The translations under genes were made by a program, and so were the position numbers. Below, in pieces: positions 41,924-50,441 of a stretch of DNA of 64,000 bases. The stretch is from contig OY969706.1 of NCBI GenBank assembly GCA_963702095.1, forward strand, positions 1,600,001 to 1,664,000. The letters are read 5' to 3'. Positions within the stretch are counted from its first letter, which is position 1; the number at the start of each line of letters is the position of its first letter. This DNA comes from Candidatus Bathyarchaeota archaeon (GTDB taxonomy: Archaea > Thermoproteota > Bathyarchaeia > Bathyarchaeales > Bathycorpusculaceae). The notes below the pieces were generated by a model. That model ran no database searches and was not told the origin of the DNA. It was given only the letters and a program-made list of their open reading frames with translations.

Positions 41924-42094
41924 GATATCCTCTCTGCATGTGCCCTGTTTAACTATTTGGAAATGAAAAAAATGGGTTAAGTCTTTGTGTGTAAAACAAT
42001 TTACAGATTATTTTTTGGGTTCCTCAAATAGAGCTTGTATAATAAAAGAACTCGTCAAAAAAATAATCTGGTTAAGATATTTGTTATTAGAAAA

Positions 42095-42145
42095 ATTAAA
42101 ATAAAGAAAAGAGGTGGGGGTAGACTTTTGGGGGGTCTATTATTT
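42095..42145 (-). terminator. Putative terminator after pilin 2
   Basis: Minus strand TAGAC-CCCCCAAAA-GTCTA hairpin followed by T-rich tract. Confidence 0.5.
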
Positions 42146-42154
42146 TAGCGTATT

Positions 42155-42715
42155 TTATGCGAGGTTTGCTTGTACGTTTGTCTCTTTATAGTACATAGCT
42201 TGTGATGTGAAGACTGTGAAAGCAACTGTTAAGCCTATGTCGTTTACAGTGATGCTGTCTGGACTGTTGATGTATACGACTATGGTGTTACCTGAAGGCA
42301 AGACTAAGTCAGAGGTGATTGCATTTGCAGTGTCTGTTATGCCTAGATCGGCGTCTGCTGCAACTGGTGTTGCTGCTGGGAATGCAAGGTCGGCAGTTAA
42401 ATCGTCAGTGTCTGGATCAGCAACTGCATAGAAAATGTCAGCCCATGCAGATTCCTGTCCCCGAATTGTGATTTTGTCAATGACAACATCGCGTCCACCG
42501 GTGTTAGTGATCATCATTGCTGCAACTACATCGCCGCCACTGTCAACCCAAACGTGCTGTTTAGTTACAGTTAGGCTTTCATCTTGAACTCTGGTGCTTG
42601 TGACGTTGATTGCAAAGTAGGTTACGACACCTGCGAGTAGCACTGAAACAACGAGAATAATCAGGGTTGTTACGACTGTACTTAAAGCTAAACGATTTCT
42701 TAGGATACTTTTCAT
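42155..42715 (-). CDS. Major archaeal type IV pilin 2
   Basis: MKSILRNRLA|LSTVVTTLIILVVSVLLAGVV; I.NTGGRDVVIDKI.IRGQ. Confidence 0.88.
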   Translation of the reverse strand: MKSILRNRLALSTVVTTLIILVVSVLLAGVVTYFAINVTSTRVQDESLTVTKQHVWVDSGGDVVAAMMITNTGGRDVVIDKITIRGQESAWADIFYAVADPDTDDLTADLAFPAATPVAADADLGITDTANAITSDLVLPSGNTIVVYINSPDSITVNDIGLTVAFTVFTSQAMYYKETNVQANLA

Positions 42716-42849
42716 TTTTGGTTTTTACTCCTTGAAAAGGCAATACACCAATTTGCCCTAAGTAACCTTGTGCGTACCAGAAATTACGCACCTGAAAAGA
42801 CCAGAAAAGAAAAAAATAAAAGGTAAAGTGAAAAGAAAATTGTAGGGGC

Positions 42850-43407
42850 TTAAGATGGAGCTGCTTGGATGTTATTTTCACTATAGTAAACTGCTTGTGC
42901 ACTGTGTAGGGATATGCTTACTGTTAGACCTATGTCGGTTAAGCCTATACTGTCAGGGTTGTTAACGTATATTACCATGGTATTGCCGGAAGGCAAGATT
43001 AGGGATGTAGTTGCTGCAATGGCAGTAGCTGTTAAGCCAAGATCATCGCCTGCTGCTATAGGTGTATCTAAGTGTTCTAGGTCTACGGTTAGGTCTTCGC
43101 CTTTATCTGCTACGGCGTAGAAAACATCTCCCCAATCGGATGCTTGACCGCGGACGGATATTTTATTGATAACAACATCACGTCCACCGTTGTTTGTCAC
43201 CATGACCGCTGCTTCGGCGGCAGTGCCGTCGGGGTCGACCCAAATGTGTTGTTTAGATACGAACAGGCTTTCTTCTTGGACTCTTGTGCTGACGACGTTT
43301 GTGGCGAAGAAGGTTAGGACTGTTGCAAGCAGTATTGAAACAACGAGAATGATGAGTGTAGTGACTACTGTGCTCAGTGCCAGACGATTCTTAAATAGGC
43401 GGTTCAT
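42850..43407 (-). CDS. Major archaeal type IV pilin 1 (paralog of pilin 2)
   Basis: MNRLFKNRLA|LSTVVTTLIILVVSILLA; colinear similarity to pilin 2. Confidence 0.88.
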   Translation of the reverse strand: MNRLFKNRLALSTVVTTLIILVVSILLATVLTFFATNVVSTRVQEESLFVSKQHIWVDPDGTAAEAAVMVTNNGGRDVVINKISVRGQASDWGDVFYAVADKGEDLTVDLEHLDTPIAAGDDLGLTATAIAATTSLILPSGNTMVIYVNNPDSIGLTDIGLTVSISLHSAQAVYYSENNIQAAPS

Positions 43408-43558
43408 TTCCTTGTTTTCACCTAAATATTCTAACTTGCAGTTCCCTTATATATATTATGTATCCAGACTTAATACACATTATACAAAATATGTCTTTCC
43501 CTTTCAATAATAAATTGGCGTCAGCGTGGACAAGTTAGCAAAGTTTCTCTAGAGCTTA

Positions 43559-45271
43559 GTGTCTGTTGTTCCGAAATATGAATTGGGGTTTCATAAGGGT
43601 TATACTTTCTTGTTGACCCAATTGTTCTTGCAAGTCTGGATATGTGTGCTATTGAAGGAAAACAACCCTCATAAAGCCGTAGTGCCCATTGTAGTTCTGC
43701 TTTTGGTTAGTTCTTTCTTTGTTGTGGAGGTTTCGGGGGTACAGTTGATTGCAACTGACGAATATAATCGTTATGTGCACACTAACTTTGATTCGGATTT
43801 GGGTAACTATACGTTGCTTGAGAAGCCTATTTTTCCAGTTTTAATTGCTAACACAACAATACCGATCGGCGGCAACTGGACCATAACCTGCCCCCTTCAA
43901 ACAGGCCACAAATACCACGTATACTGCTACGGAACATGGGTGAACACTTCTTCAACCGCAAAAACCGACTACGACATCTACGTTTTCAATCCCCAAGGCA
44001 CCCTGGAGAGTTCCCATACCGAAGCCGCGGGGCTTCCTGAACATTTAGGCACAACCTCAAACGACGCATTCTTTACCCCAAAGCAAAACGGAAACTATTC
44101 GTTTGTAGTAAAAAACGATGCAAGGGAAAGCCAGGGTTCACAACAGGCGACGTTTATGATAATTGAGAACTTGGAAACCGACCAGTGGTGCAGCAGCTAT
44201 GTTGAGGGAAAAGCAAGCGACACCTCTCCACATCTCCATACATGTTGGAGCTACGAATTCATCACTAACGAATCCAAAGTTGAATTGTACGTAAAAGTCC
44301 CCTCAACACTGGACATGTATGAAGCCCGCCTATACCTAATGAACACGGCTGAATCACTCAAAATCAACGATGTCCCGTTGCCCTACGAACCTGGTTTGTA
44401 TGGCAATCAATCTGGCGTTGCCGGCGGCTACAACTTTGAAAGTGAAGCATACCGAGGAGTAGCCTACGCCAGCTGCGAATACATGGGGCAGTCGATGTTT
44501 CTAAACTATACCGCTACTGTGACTGGCATAAAGCTCTATCATCTTGTGTTGATTGGAGAGGAAGGCTCTGGAACGGTGGAGTTTATGCTTAAAACCCAAT
44601 TCGGAAACACATCCATAACGCCCGTAGAAACGCCATCACGGATGCTGCCGAATCAACCTGCCAAAATCTCTTATGTCTCAAACAACGCCAGCTTAGCAAC
44701 TGCACAACTAACTTACACAACCGACAGTTGGAACAGCACCAAAGCCATCAACATGGACATAAGCAACCATACCTGCAACGCCACTGTCCCCGGTCAACCC
44801 GCAGGAACCATAGTTCAGTACCGCTTAGACGCCAACGACACATTAAACAATGCATTGTCAGCAGAGGGAAACTACACTGTTAAGAATCAGCCTTACTTGA
44901 ATTTCACAGTTGAAGAAACCATCGTTTTAGGCCAAAACCTAACAATCACCGGAACCCTAACTCACTGCGACAACCAATCGAGTGTAACCGTAAAAGTCTT
45001 CAACGCCAACAACACTGAAAGCCTCTTATGCCCCGTCTTAAGTGACGGATCGTTTACATGCAGTTTCCAACCGTCTTCATCAGGAAATTGGAGCATAGTC
45101 GCCAACTCACCTGAAACCCAAACATCATGGAGTTGCGGAAGCTCACAGCTTCTGGTAACAGTTAAGGAACCGCCGCTCTACGTAAAATACTCACTCTACA
45201 TAATCATTGGGTTGGTTGCGGCTTCAGCGGCTGGCGGAGTGGTTTGGTTCCTGAAGTTCCGAGGAAAATAA
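43559..45271 (+). CDS. Large secreted, C-terminally anchored surface protein with Ig-like regions
   Basis: Hydrophobic N-region, many N-x-S/T sequons, internal D.Y/EA repeat, C-terminal TM; start uncertain. Confidence 0.75.
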   Translation: MSVVPKYELGFHKGYTFLLTQLFLQVWICVLLKENNPHKAVVPIVVLLLVSSFFVVEVSGVQLIATDEYNRYVHTNFDSDLGNYTLLEKPIFPVLIANTTIPIGGNWTITCPLQTGHKYHVYCYGTWVNTSSTAKTDYDIYVFNPQGTLESSHTEAAGLPEHLGTTSNDAFFTPKQNGNYSFVVKNDARESQGSQQATFMIIENLETDQWCSSYVEGKASDTSPHLHTCWSYEFITNESKVELYVKVPSTLDMYEARLYLMNTAESLKINDVPLPYEPGLYGNQSGVAGGYNFESEAYRGVAYASCEYMGQSMFLNYTATVTGIKLYHLVLIGEEGSGTVEFMLKTQFGNTSITPVETPSRMLPNQPAKISYVSNNASLATAQLTYTTDSWNSTKAINMDISNHTCNATVPGQPAGTIVQYRLDANDTLNNALSAEGNYTVKNQPYLNFTVEETIVLGQNLTITGTLTHCDNQSSVTVKVFNANNTESLLCPVLSDGSFTCSFQPSSSGNWSIVANSPETQTSWSCGSSQLLVTVKEPPLYVKYSLYIIIGLVAASAAGGVVWFLKFRGK

Positions 45272-45274
45272 GCG

Positions 45275-45460
45275 TTGTGTTCTCTCTTTATGTGGGTGTG
45301 GCAGTTTACGGGGCACCACAAGACGGCAGTTGATGGCGGCTGCTTTTTGGGGCTGCAACGTTATTCACCGCCTGTTATGGTGTGAGATATCCGTTTTCTT
45401 CCACACGACATACATGCTTCCATGTTGAAGCCCATTCTTGTGTGTGTGAAACCATGATGG
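45275..45460 (+). repeat. Repeat family A, copy 4
   Basis: gtgttctctcttt.tgtggg.gtggc..ggggcaccacaagacggca.ttga.ggc.gctgctttttggggctgcaa.gttattcacc matches 32371-32465. Confidence 0.9.
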
Positions 45461-45539
45461 ATTTGTCTTGTGGGCGTGCCAAGGGTTTTTTTAACAAAGA
45501 CTTTAAGGGTAACCAACAATGATAGGTTAGGGAGTAAGT

Positions 45540-45836
45540 ATGTCTGATAACGCAGCAATCCTTGAGAGGGTTTCAAAGGTTCTAGGTGTTCCACAAAAAG
45601 AACTTATCAAAAAAGGCTTAGAGGAACTGCTCCAATCCCAATTAAGAACCTGCTCCGCAGAAATCAACGAAATAAAAACAAAATACAACATCAAAACTGC
45701 AACCGAATTAGCAAAAAAGATTGAAAAAGGCACCGTTGAGGAGCACCCAGCTTGGGAAGACTTGATAGTTCTCGAAAACCTCGAAGAGCGCATTAGAAAC
45801 ATTCGAAAAGAGCTAATGGCGCTAAAGCATGAGTAA
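45540..45836 (+). CDS. Putative antitoxin
   Basis: 98-aa helical protein overlapping the downstream toxin-like gene by 8 nt; TTTAAG TATA-like box near 45502. Confidence 0.65.
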   Translation: MSDNAAILERVSKVLGVPQKELIKKGLEELLQSQLRTCSAEINEIKTKYNIKTATELAKKIEKGTVEEHPAWEDLIVLENLEERIRNIRKELMALKHE

Positions 45837-46224
45837 CCAGCCAAGTCTCGAGGAAATATTCCAGCGCATCGCTGAGGCTGTTATTGCAGACTTTTCCGAC
45901 ATAGCGGTTGATGCCCAGCTTAGATACACCCCTTCGGGCGCTATAGAGCGTCTAAGAATATTTTTAGTGGATGACACCTTTTTGGACATCTGGTTATCAC
46001 TTTCCGGAAAATACTCCTATCATTGGGAGCAACGGCACGTAAGAGGATGCCTTCACAGGCATGATAACGCACCCCACAAAAAATGGAAAGAAGTCAAAAC
46101 CTTTCCAAAGCACTTCCATGACGGCAACGAAGACAACGTAAAAGAAAGCACAATACCCGATGAACCTACAGCGGCTGCCAGTTATTTCCTTTCTTTTGTG
46201 AGAGACTCAATAAGAAAAAGATAA
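45829..46224 (+). CDS. DUF6516/TumE-like putative toxin
   Basis: KYSYHW......HRHDNAPH..W..VKTFPKHFH.G signature. Confidence 0.75.
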   Translation: MSNQPSLEEIFQRIAEAVIADFSDIAVDAQLRYTPSGAIERLRIFLVDDTFLDIWLSLSGKYSYHWEQRHVRGCLHRHDNAPHKKWKEVKTFPKHFHDGNEDNVKESTIPDEPTAAASYFLSFVRDSIRKR

Positions 46225-46231
46225 TGCCCCT

Positions 46232-46410
46232 TCCTTGTTTTCCTCTTTGTGTGGTGTGGTGGTTTTAGGATTGCAACAAGACAGCAATTGGATGCAGTTG
46301 CGTTTTTTTAACGCAGTGGTTTTTGGCGTCTGTTTCGGTGTGGGATAAGCGTTTTTCGCCATACGCTATACATGCTTGCATATTGAAGCGGTCACGGTGT
46401 AGATGTAGCA
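46232..46410 (+). repeat. Repeat family A, copy 5 (diverged)
   Basis: ctctttgtgtgg, acaagacagcaattg, gtctgtttcggtgtgg.a.aagcgtttttc.cca.acgc shared with copies 1 and 4. Confidence 0.8.
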
Positions 46411-46445
46411 ATTACGTTCATTTTGAAAATGAATTGACTCAAAGA

Positions 46446-46775
46446 CTATGGAAGGTGCTTGTTTGTTTCTTCGATTTTGGCCTGTGCTTTGCGGTACCGC
46501 GCAACCAAGTCTTTGCCAAACGGGGTTACCTCTGAGGAACCGCCGCCTTTTGCTCCGCCACGTACACGGGTAACCAGCGATTGCCCCAAGCGTCCCTCTG
46601 CCAATGTTATGCGGTGTAGTGCATATCGGTAGGACATGCCGAGATGTTTTGCTGCTTCAAGGACGGAGTGGTGTTGGCTTATTTCTTCTAGTAGTTTGGC
46701 GAGGCCGTCGCCGAAGATTGCTTCGTTTTTTTCGTTTTCCATCCAGAGTTTGAAGTGGTAACTGAGTGGGGGCAT
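46446..46775 (-). CDS. ModE N-terminal-like winged-helix regulator
   Basis: FG.G...LLE.I....S...AAK.LGMSYR.A...I...E..LG..LV...RGG..GG.S.VT. Confidence 0.88.
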   Translation of the reverse strand: MPPLSYHFKLWMENEKNEAIFGDGLAKLLEEISQHHSVLEAAKHLGMSYRYALHRITLAEGRLGQSLVTRVRGGAKGGGSSEVTPFGKDLVARYRKAQAKIEETNKHLP

Positions 46776-46973
46776 GGTTTATCAGATTTTAGTGGGTGGT
46801 TTGGGCAATTAAGCTTTGCTTTTTGGTTTTTTTGGGTTGGGTGGATGTGTGTTTTTTGATGTTGCGGTTGCTTGATGTAGCCAGCAAGGCTTTTATAGCA
46901 TATATATTGTATATACAATTAATATTATTGCCGAATGTCTTTGTAACGGGAGAACGGAAGGCTAGGAAATACC

Positions 46974-47834
46974 ATGCAAAAACTTGAGCTAAACCAAATC
47001 GTCGATAAAAAACAACTCAACTCCGTAACCAAAAAAATCACGGTATACGCCCCAGATATAGCCGCAAAAGCAAAAGCGGGGCAATTCGTAATCTTCAAAG
47101 TCCACGAAGACAGCGAACGTATACCTCTCACCCTCTCATCATGGGATACTGAAAAAGGCACAATATCCCACATATTCCAAGAAGTCGGCTACTCGACCAA
47201 AGAACTTGGCGCACTCGAAATAGGACAGAAAATCGAAAGCGTTGCAGGTCCCTTGGGAAACGCCAGTGAAATCAGGAAGTTCGGAACCGCCGCCGTCGTC
47301 TGCGGTGGCTTGGGCACAGCAGTCGCTTACCCCGTGGCTAAAGCCCTCAAAGAAGCAGGAAACAAGGTCGTATCTATAATCGGCGCACGAAACGTTGAAC
47401 TCTTCATTTTGGAAGATGAGATGAAAGCGGTCTCTGACGAGGTTTTCTTTGCCTCTGACGATGGCACCAAAGGGCAGAAGGGCTTTGTCAGTGACGTACT
47501 AAAGACGCTTATCTTGAAAAACTACAATTTCGACATAGTTTTCGCCATTGGACCCCCCATAATGATGAGTGTCATTGCCGACCTCACCCGGCCCTACGGA
47601 ATTAAAACCATAGCCAGCCTCAACCCTATCATGGTGGACGGAATGGGCATGTGCGGTGCCTGCCGAGTCTCCGTTGGCGAAAAAATCCAGTTTGCCTGCG
47701 TAGACGGACCCGAATTTGATGCCCACCAAGTTAACTTCAAAGAGCTTATGCAGCGGCTCAAGTGCTACTGCACTGAGGAGAAGCACCCCGAATTATCTCA
47801 CCAAGGAGGAACATGCAAATGTCACAGCCAATAA
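46974..47834 (+). CDS. nfnA: NfnA / sulfide dehydrogenase SudB (flavin/[2Fe-2S] subunit)
   Basis: GQFVI, ERIPLT, GPLG, IGPPIMM, MVDGMGMCGACRV, CVDGPEFD. Confidence 0.92.
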   Translation: MQKLELNQIVDKKQLNSVTKKITVYAPDIAAKAKAGQFVIFKVHEDSERIPLTLSSWDTEKGTISHIFQEVGYSTKELGALEIGQKIESVAGPLGNASEIRKFGTAAVVCGGLGTAVAYPVAKALKEAGNKVVSIIGARNVELFILEDEMKAVSDEVFFASDDGTKGQKGFVSDVLKTLILKNYNFDIVFAIGPPIMMSVIADLTRPYGIKTIASLNPIMVDGMGMCGACRVSVGEKIQFACVDGPEFDAHQVNFKELMQRLKCYCTEEKHPELSHQGGTCKCHSQ

Positions 47835-49240
47835 AAGAAAACCCCAAACACCAAAGCCGCTTAAAAGCAGTGGAAGTCCCCAAACAGGAACCCGCTTCCC
47901 GAGCCAAAAACTTCCAAGAAGTCGTGTTAGGCTACACTGAAGATCAAGCCTTAGCTGAAGCATCCAGATGCCTAAACTGCAAAGAGCCCAAATGTGTTGA
48001 AGGCTGCCCCGTCGGAGTAGAAATCCCAAAATTCATTGCGCTACTCAAACAAAAAGACTACGAAGCAGCCATCACAAAAATCAAAGAGAAAAACAGCCTA
48101 CCCGCCATATGCGGCAGAGTCTGCCCACAAGAAGAGCAATGCCAAAAAATGTGCATCCTAGGCAAGAAGGGCGACGCCATCTCCATCGGACGCCTTGAAC
48201 GCTTCGTCGCGGACATGGAGCAGGCAAAAGGCATAAAACCCCAAGAGGTTCCTGCTTGGAACGGCAAAAAAATCGCGGTTGTCGGCGCAGGCCCCGCAGG
48301 TTTAACCGTTGCCGCGGACCTTGCAAAGATGGGTTATAAAGTCACCATTTATGAGGCGTTGCATAGAGGCGGCGGCGTTTTAGTGTATGGCATCCCAGAG
48401 TTCCGTCTGCCCAAGCGGATTGTGCAAGCTGAAATCGACTACATTAAAGCACTGGGTGTTGAGTTGCAACCTGACTATTTAATCGGCAGAATCTTTACCG
48501 TCGAGGAACTCTTCAAAAAAGGCTTCAGTGCAATCTTCATCGGCACCGGTGCAGGACTCCCCAAATTCCTAAACGTCCCAGGCGAAAACCTAAACGGCAT
48601 CTACAGCGCCAACGAATTCCTCATCCGCGTCAACCTCATGAAAGCCTTCCGGTTCCCCCAGAACAAAACCCCCATCCGCGTAGGCAAAAAAGTAGCGGTA
48701 ATCGGCGGCGGCAACGTCGCACTTGACTCCGCACGCTGCGCCCTGCGGTTGGGAGCTGAGGAAGTCTCCATAATCTACCGGCGAACAAGACACGAGATGC
48801 CTGCGCGTCAAGAGGAAATCGAAAATGCTGAGGAAGAAGGAATAATCTTTAGGTGGCTGACTGCGCCGCTAAAGTTCTTTGGCGACGATCTGGGCAACGT
48901 TAAAGCCATGGAGACCCTTGAAATGCGGCTCTGCGACGAAGACGACACTGGCAGACACCAAGTTGCCCCCATAGAGGATTCACAATCAACCATGGATGTG
49001 GACACGGTTATTGTGGCTATCGGACGCACCCCCAACCCCATCATACAGGGCACAACCCCCGGCCTTAAAACCCAGCGGGGCGGCATCATAGCCAGCGACG
49101 AAGACTTCAAAACCAGCATCGACGGCGTCTACGTCGGCGGCGACATCGCAACAGGCGAAGCCACAGTCATAAGTGCCATGGGCACAGCCAAAACCGCTGC
49201 AAAAAGCATCCACGAGTACCTCTCTAAACCCAAAAAATAA
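47819..49240 (+). CDS. nfnB: NfnB / SudA (GltD-like) subunit
   Basis: EASRCLNC..P.C..GCP, CGRVCPQE.QC, GAGPAGL, YGIPEFRLP, GGGNVA.D, GGD...G.ATV. Confidence 0.92.
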   Translation: MSQPIKENPKHQSRLKAVEVPKQEPASRAKNFQEVVLGYTEDQALAEASRCLNCKEPKCVEGCPVGVEIPKFIALLKQKDYEAAITKIKEKNSLPAICGRVCPQEEQCQKMCILGKKGDAISIGRLERFVADMEQAKGIKPQEVPAWNGKKIAVVGAGPAGLTVAADLAKMGYKVTIYEALHRGGGVLVYGIPEFRLPKRIVQAEIDYIKALGVELQPDYLIGRIFTVEELFKKGFSAIFIGTGAGLPKFLNVPGENLNGIYSANEFLIRVNLMKAFRFPQNKTPIRVGKKVAVIGGGNVALDSARCALRLGAEEVSIIYRRTRHEMPARQEEIENAEEEGIIFRWLTAPLKFFGDDLGNVKAMETLEMRLCDEDDTGRHQVAPIEDSQSTMDVDTVIVAIGRTPNPIIQGTTPGLKTQRGGIIASDEDFKTSIDGVYVGGDIATGEATVISAMGTAKTAAKSIHEYLSKPKK

Positions 49241-49273
49241 GACGCAGACGACACGTGCGTTTGCCCATATTTT

Positions 49274-50320
49274 TTACTCTTTTGTTTTTGCTTCCTCAAG
49301 AGTGTCCGATGCAGGCTTGAATGCTCGATTCACCGCTGTCTCTGCTATGTTGAAGGTGCAGTGGGCAATCCGCTTAATATTATCGCGGATAGAGCATATG
49401 CCGCAGACTAGTTCAGCGTTTTTCTGGGGTCCAGTGAAGGATTTGGATGTTATGTCAACGTCGAGTTTTTCCATTCTTTGGTGGTACTTCATTATGTTGA
49501 CTGCGGCGGTGACGTCTTTGGAGAAGAAGGCTTCCACCGCTTTTACATAGAGGTCGGTTACTTCTGCGCCTGCACTAACCATGAGTGCTACAACGTCGTC
49601 GGGTATGGTTTGTTTGGCGCCGTGCAGCATGATTATGTGGCGGTTGATGTCAGCAGCGTAGTCTGAGGCGTGTTCAACGTGGGTGACGAGCATCTGGTGG
49701 TCCATGCAGTCGATGGGGTCAACATGCAATTCGTTTGCTAAATGCGGGTCTTGACCAGCGGTTCGTAGAATCCTCACAATGAAAAAGGCAAAGTGGTCCA
49801 CGTCGTCATCGAGGGAAAACGAGGATTTCGCTAATGCCACATCATTATTTTTTAAGGCATCAAAGGCACCTTCGCACATGGACCGCGAAATGAGGTGCAT
49901 ACGCTGCACTGCCTGCTGAATCGAAGCTTTGGATTCATCGGAGATGCTTTGTATGTAGACGCATTTGGCATCTGCCTCCATGACTCGCATGTAGAGGCGT
50001 CCAGCCATGTTGCGGATGGCTTTGGTCTGGGGGACGGTGAAGACGTTTTCGGAGGTAAGCATGATACCTGTGTAGCCGTTTAGGAAGGCGCCTAACACTT
50101 TTTGTGTGATTAGGACTTCTTCTTCGTTTTGGCTTATGTGGAGGGTGATTTCTTTGTGTTCGGATTTTTTGAGTGTACTGGGGTAAATGACTAGTGAGCG
50201 GTCGCGTTGGATGTTGAAGGAGACTGTTTCGCCTTTTTTTAGGTCGTTTAGCTGCATCCACTCTTTTGGTAAGGAAATTACTAGAGAAGATTTTCCCAAG
50301 GACATGATTTTGCGTTCCAA
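49274..50320 (-). CDS. AbrB-PhoU phosphate-uptake-type regulator
   Basis: RKIMSLGKSSLVISLPKEW AbrB domain followed by two PhoU repeats (DDDVD; RIA..NIAE). Confidence 0.88.
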   Translation of the reverse strand: MERKIMSLGKSSLVISLPKEWMQLNDLKKGETVSFNIQRDRSLVIYPSTLKKSEHKEITLHISQNEEEVLITQKVLGAFLNGYTGIMLTSENVFTVPQTKAIRNMAGRLYMRVMEADAKCVYIQSISDESKASIQQAVQRMHLISRSMCEGAFDALKNNDVALAKSSFSLDDDVDHFAFFIVRILRTAGQDPHLANELHVDPIDCMDHQMLVTHVEHASDYAADINRHIIMLHGAKQTIPDDVVALMVSAGAEVTDLYVKAVEAFFSKDVTAAVNIMKYHQRMEKLDVDITSKSFTGPQKNAELVCGICSIRDNIKRIAHCTFNIAETAVNRAFKPASDTLEEAKTKE

Positions 50321-50441
50321 ATTAATGCCTCATAACCCGGGTATTAATTGTTTAATACAGTGGACACGGCATATATACATTGTTATGGAAATACTGCTAC
50401 AAACATAACTAACAAAAAGAGGAGAAAGAAAGGCTTTCTGG

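Noticed and set aside
35326-43407. Archaellum operon
   Set aside because: No FlaH/KaiC-like ATPase, recognisable FlaF/G or chemotaxis genes; composition fits a type IV pilus.
32985-43470. Similar CCCTT..ATATTAT.TAT motif upstream of trmB and of the pilin/surface-protein divergon as a TrmB box
   Set aside because: Low-complexity AT-rich similarity overlapping probable TATA boxes; too weak to support.
4305-46410. Repeat families as CRISPR arrays or canonical attC sites
   Set aside because: Copies are long, dispersed and irregularly spaced; no cas genes, integron integrase or clear RYYYAAC/GTTRRRY ends.
47819-49240. Glutamate synthase small subunit
   Set aside because: Paired with an NfnA/SudB-type gene and no large subunit, so NfnAB is the better call.
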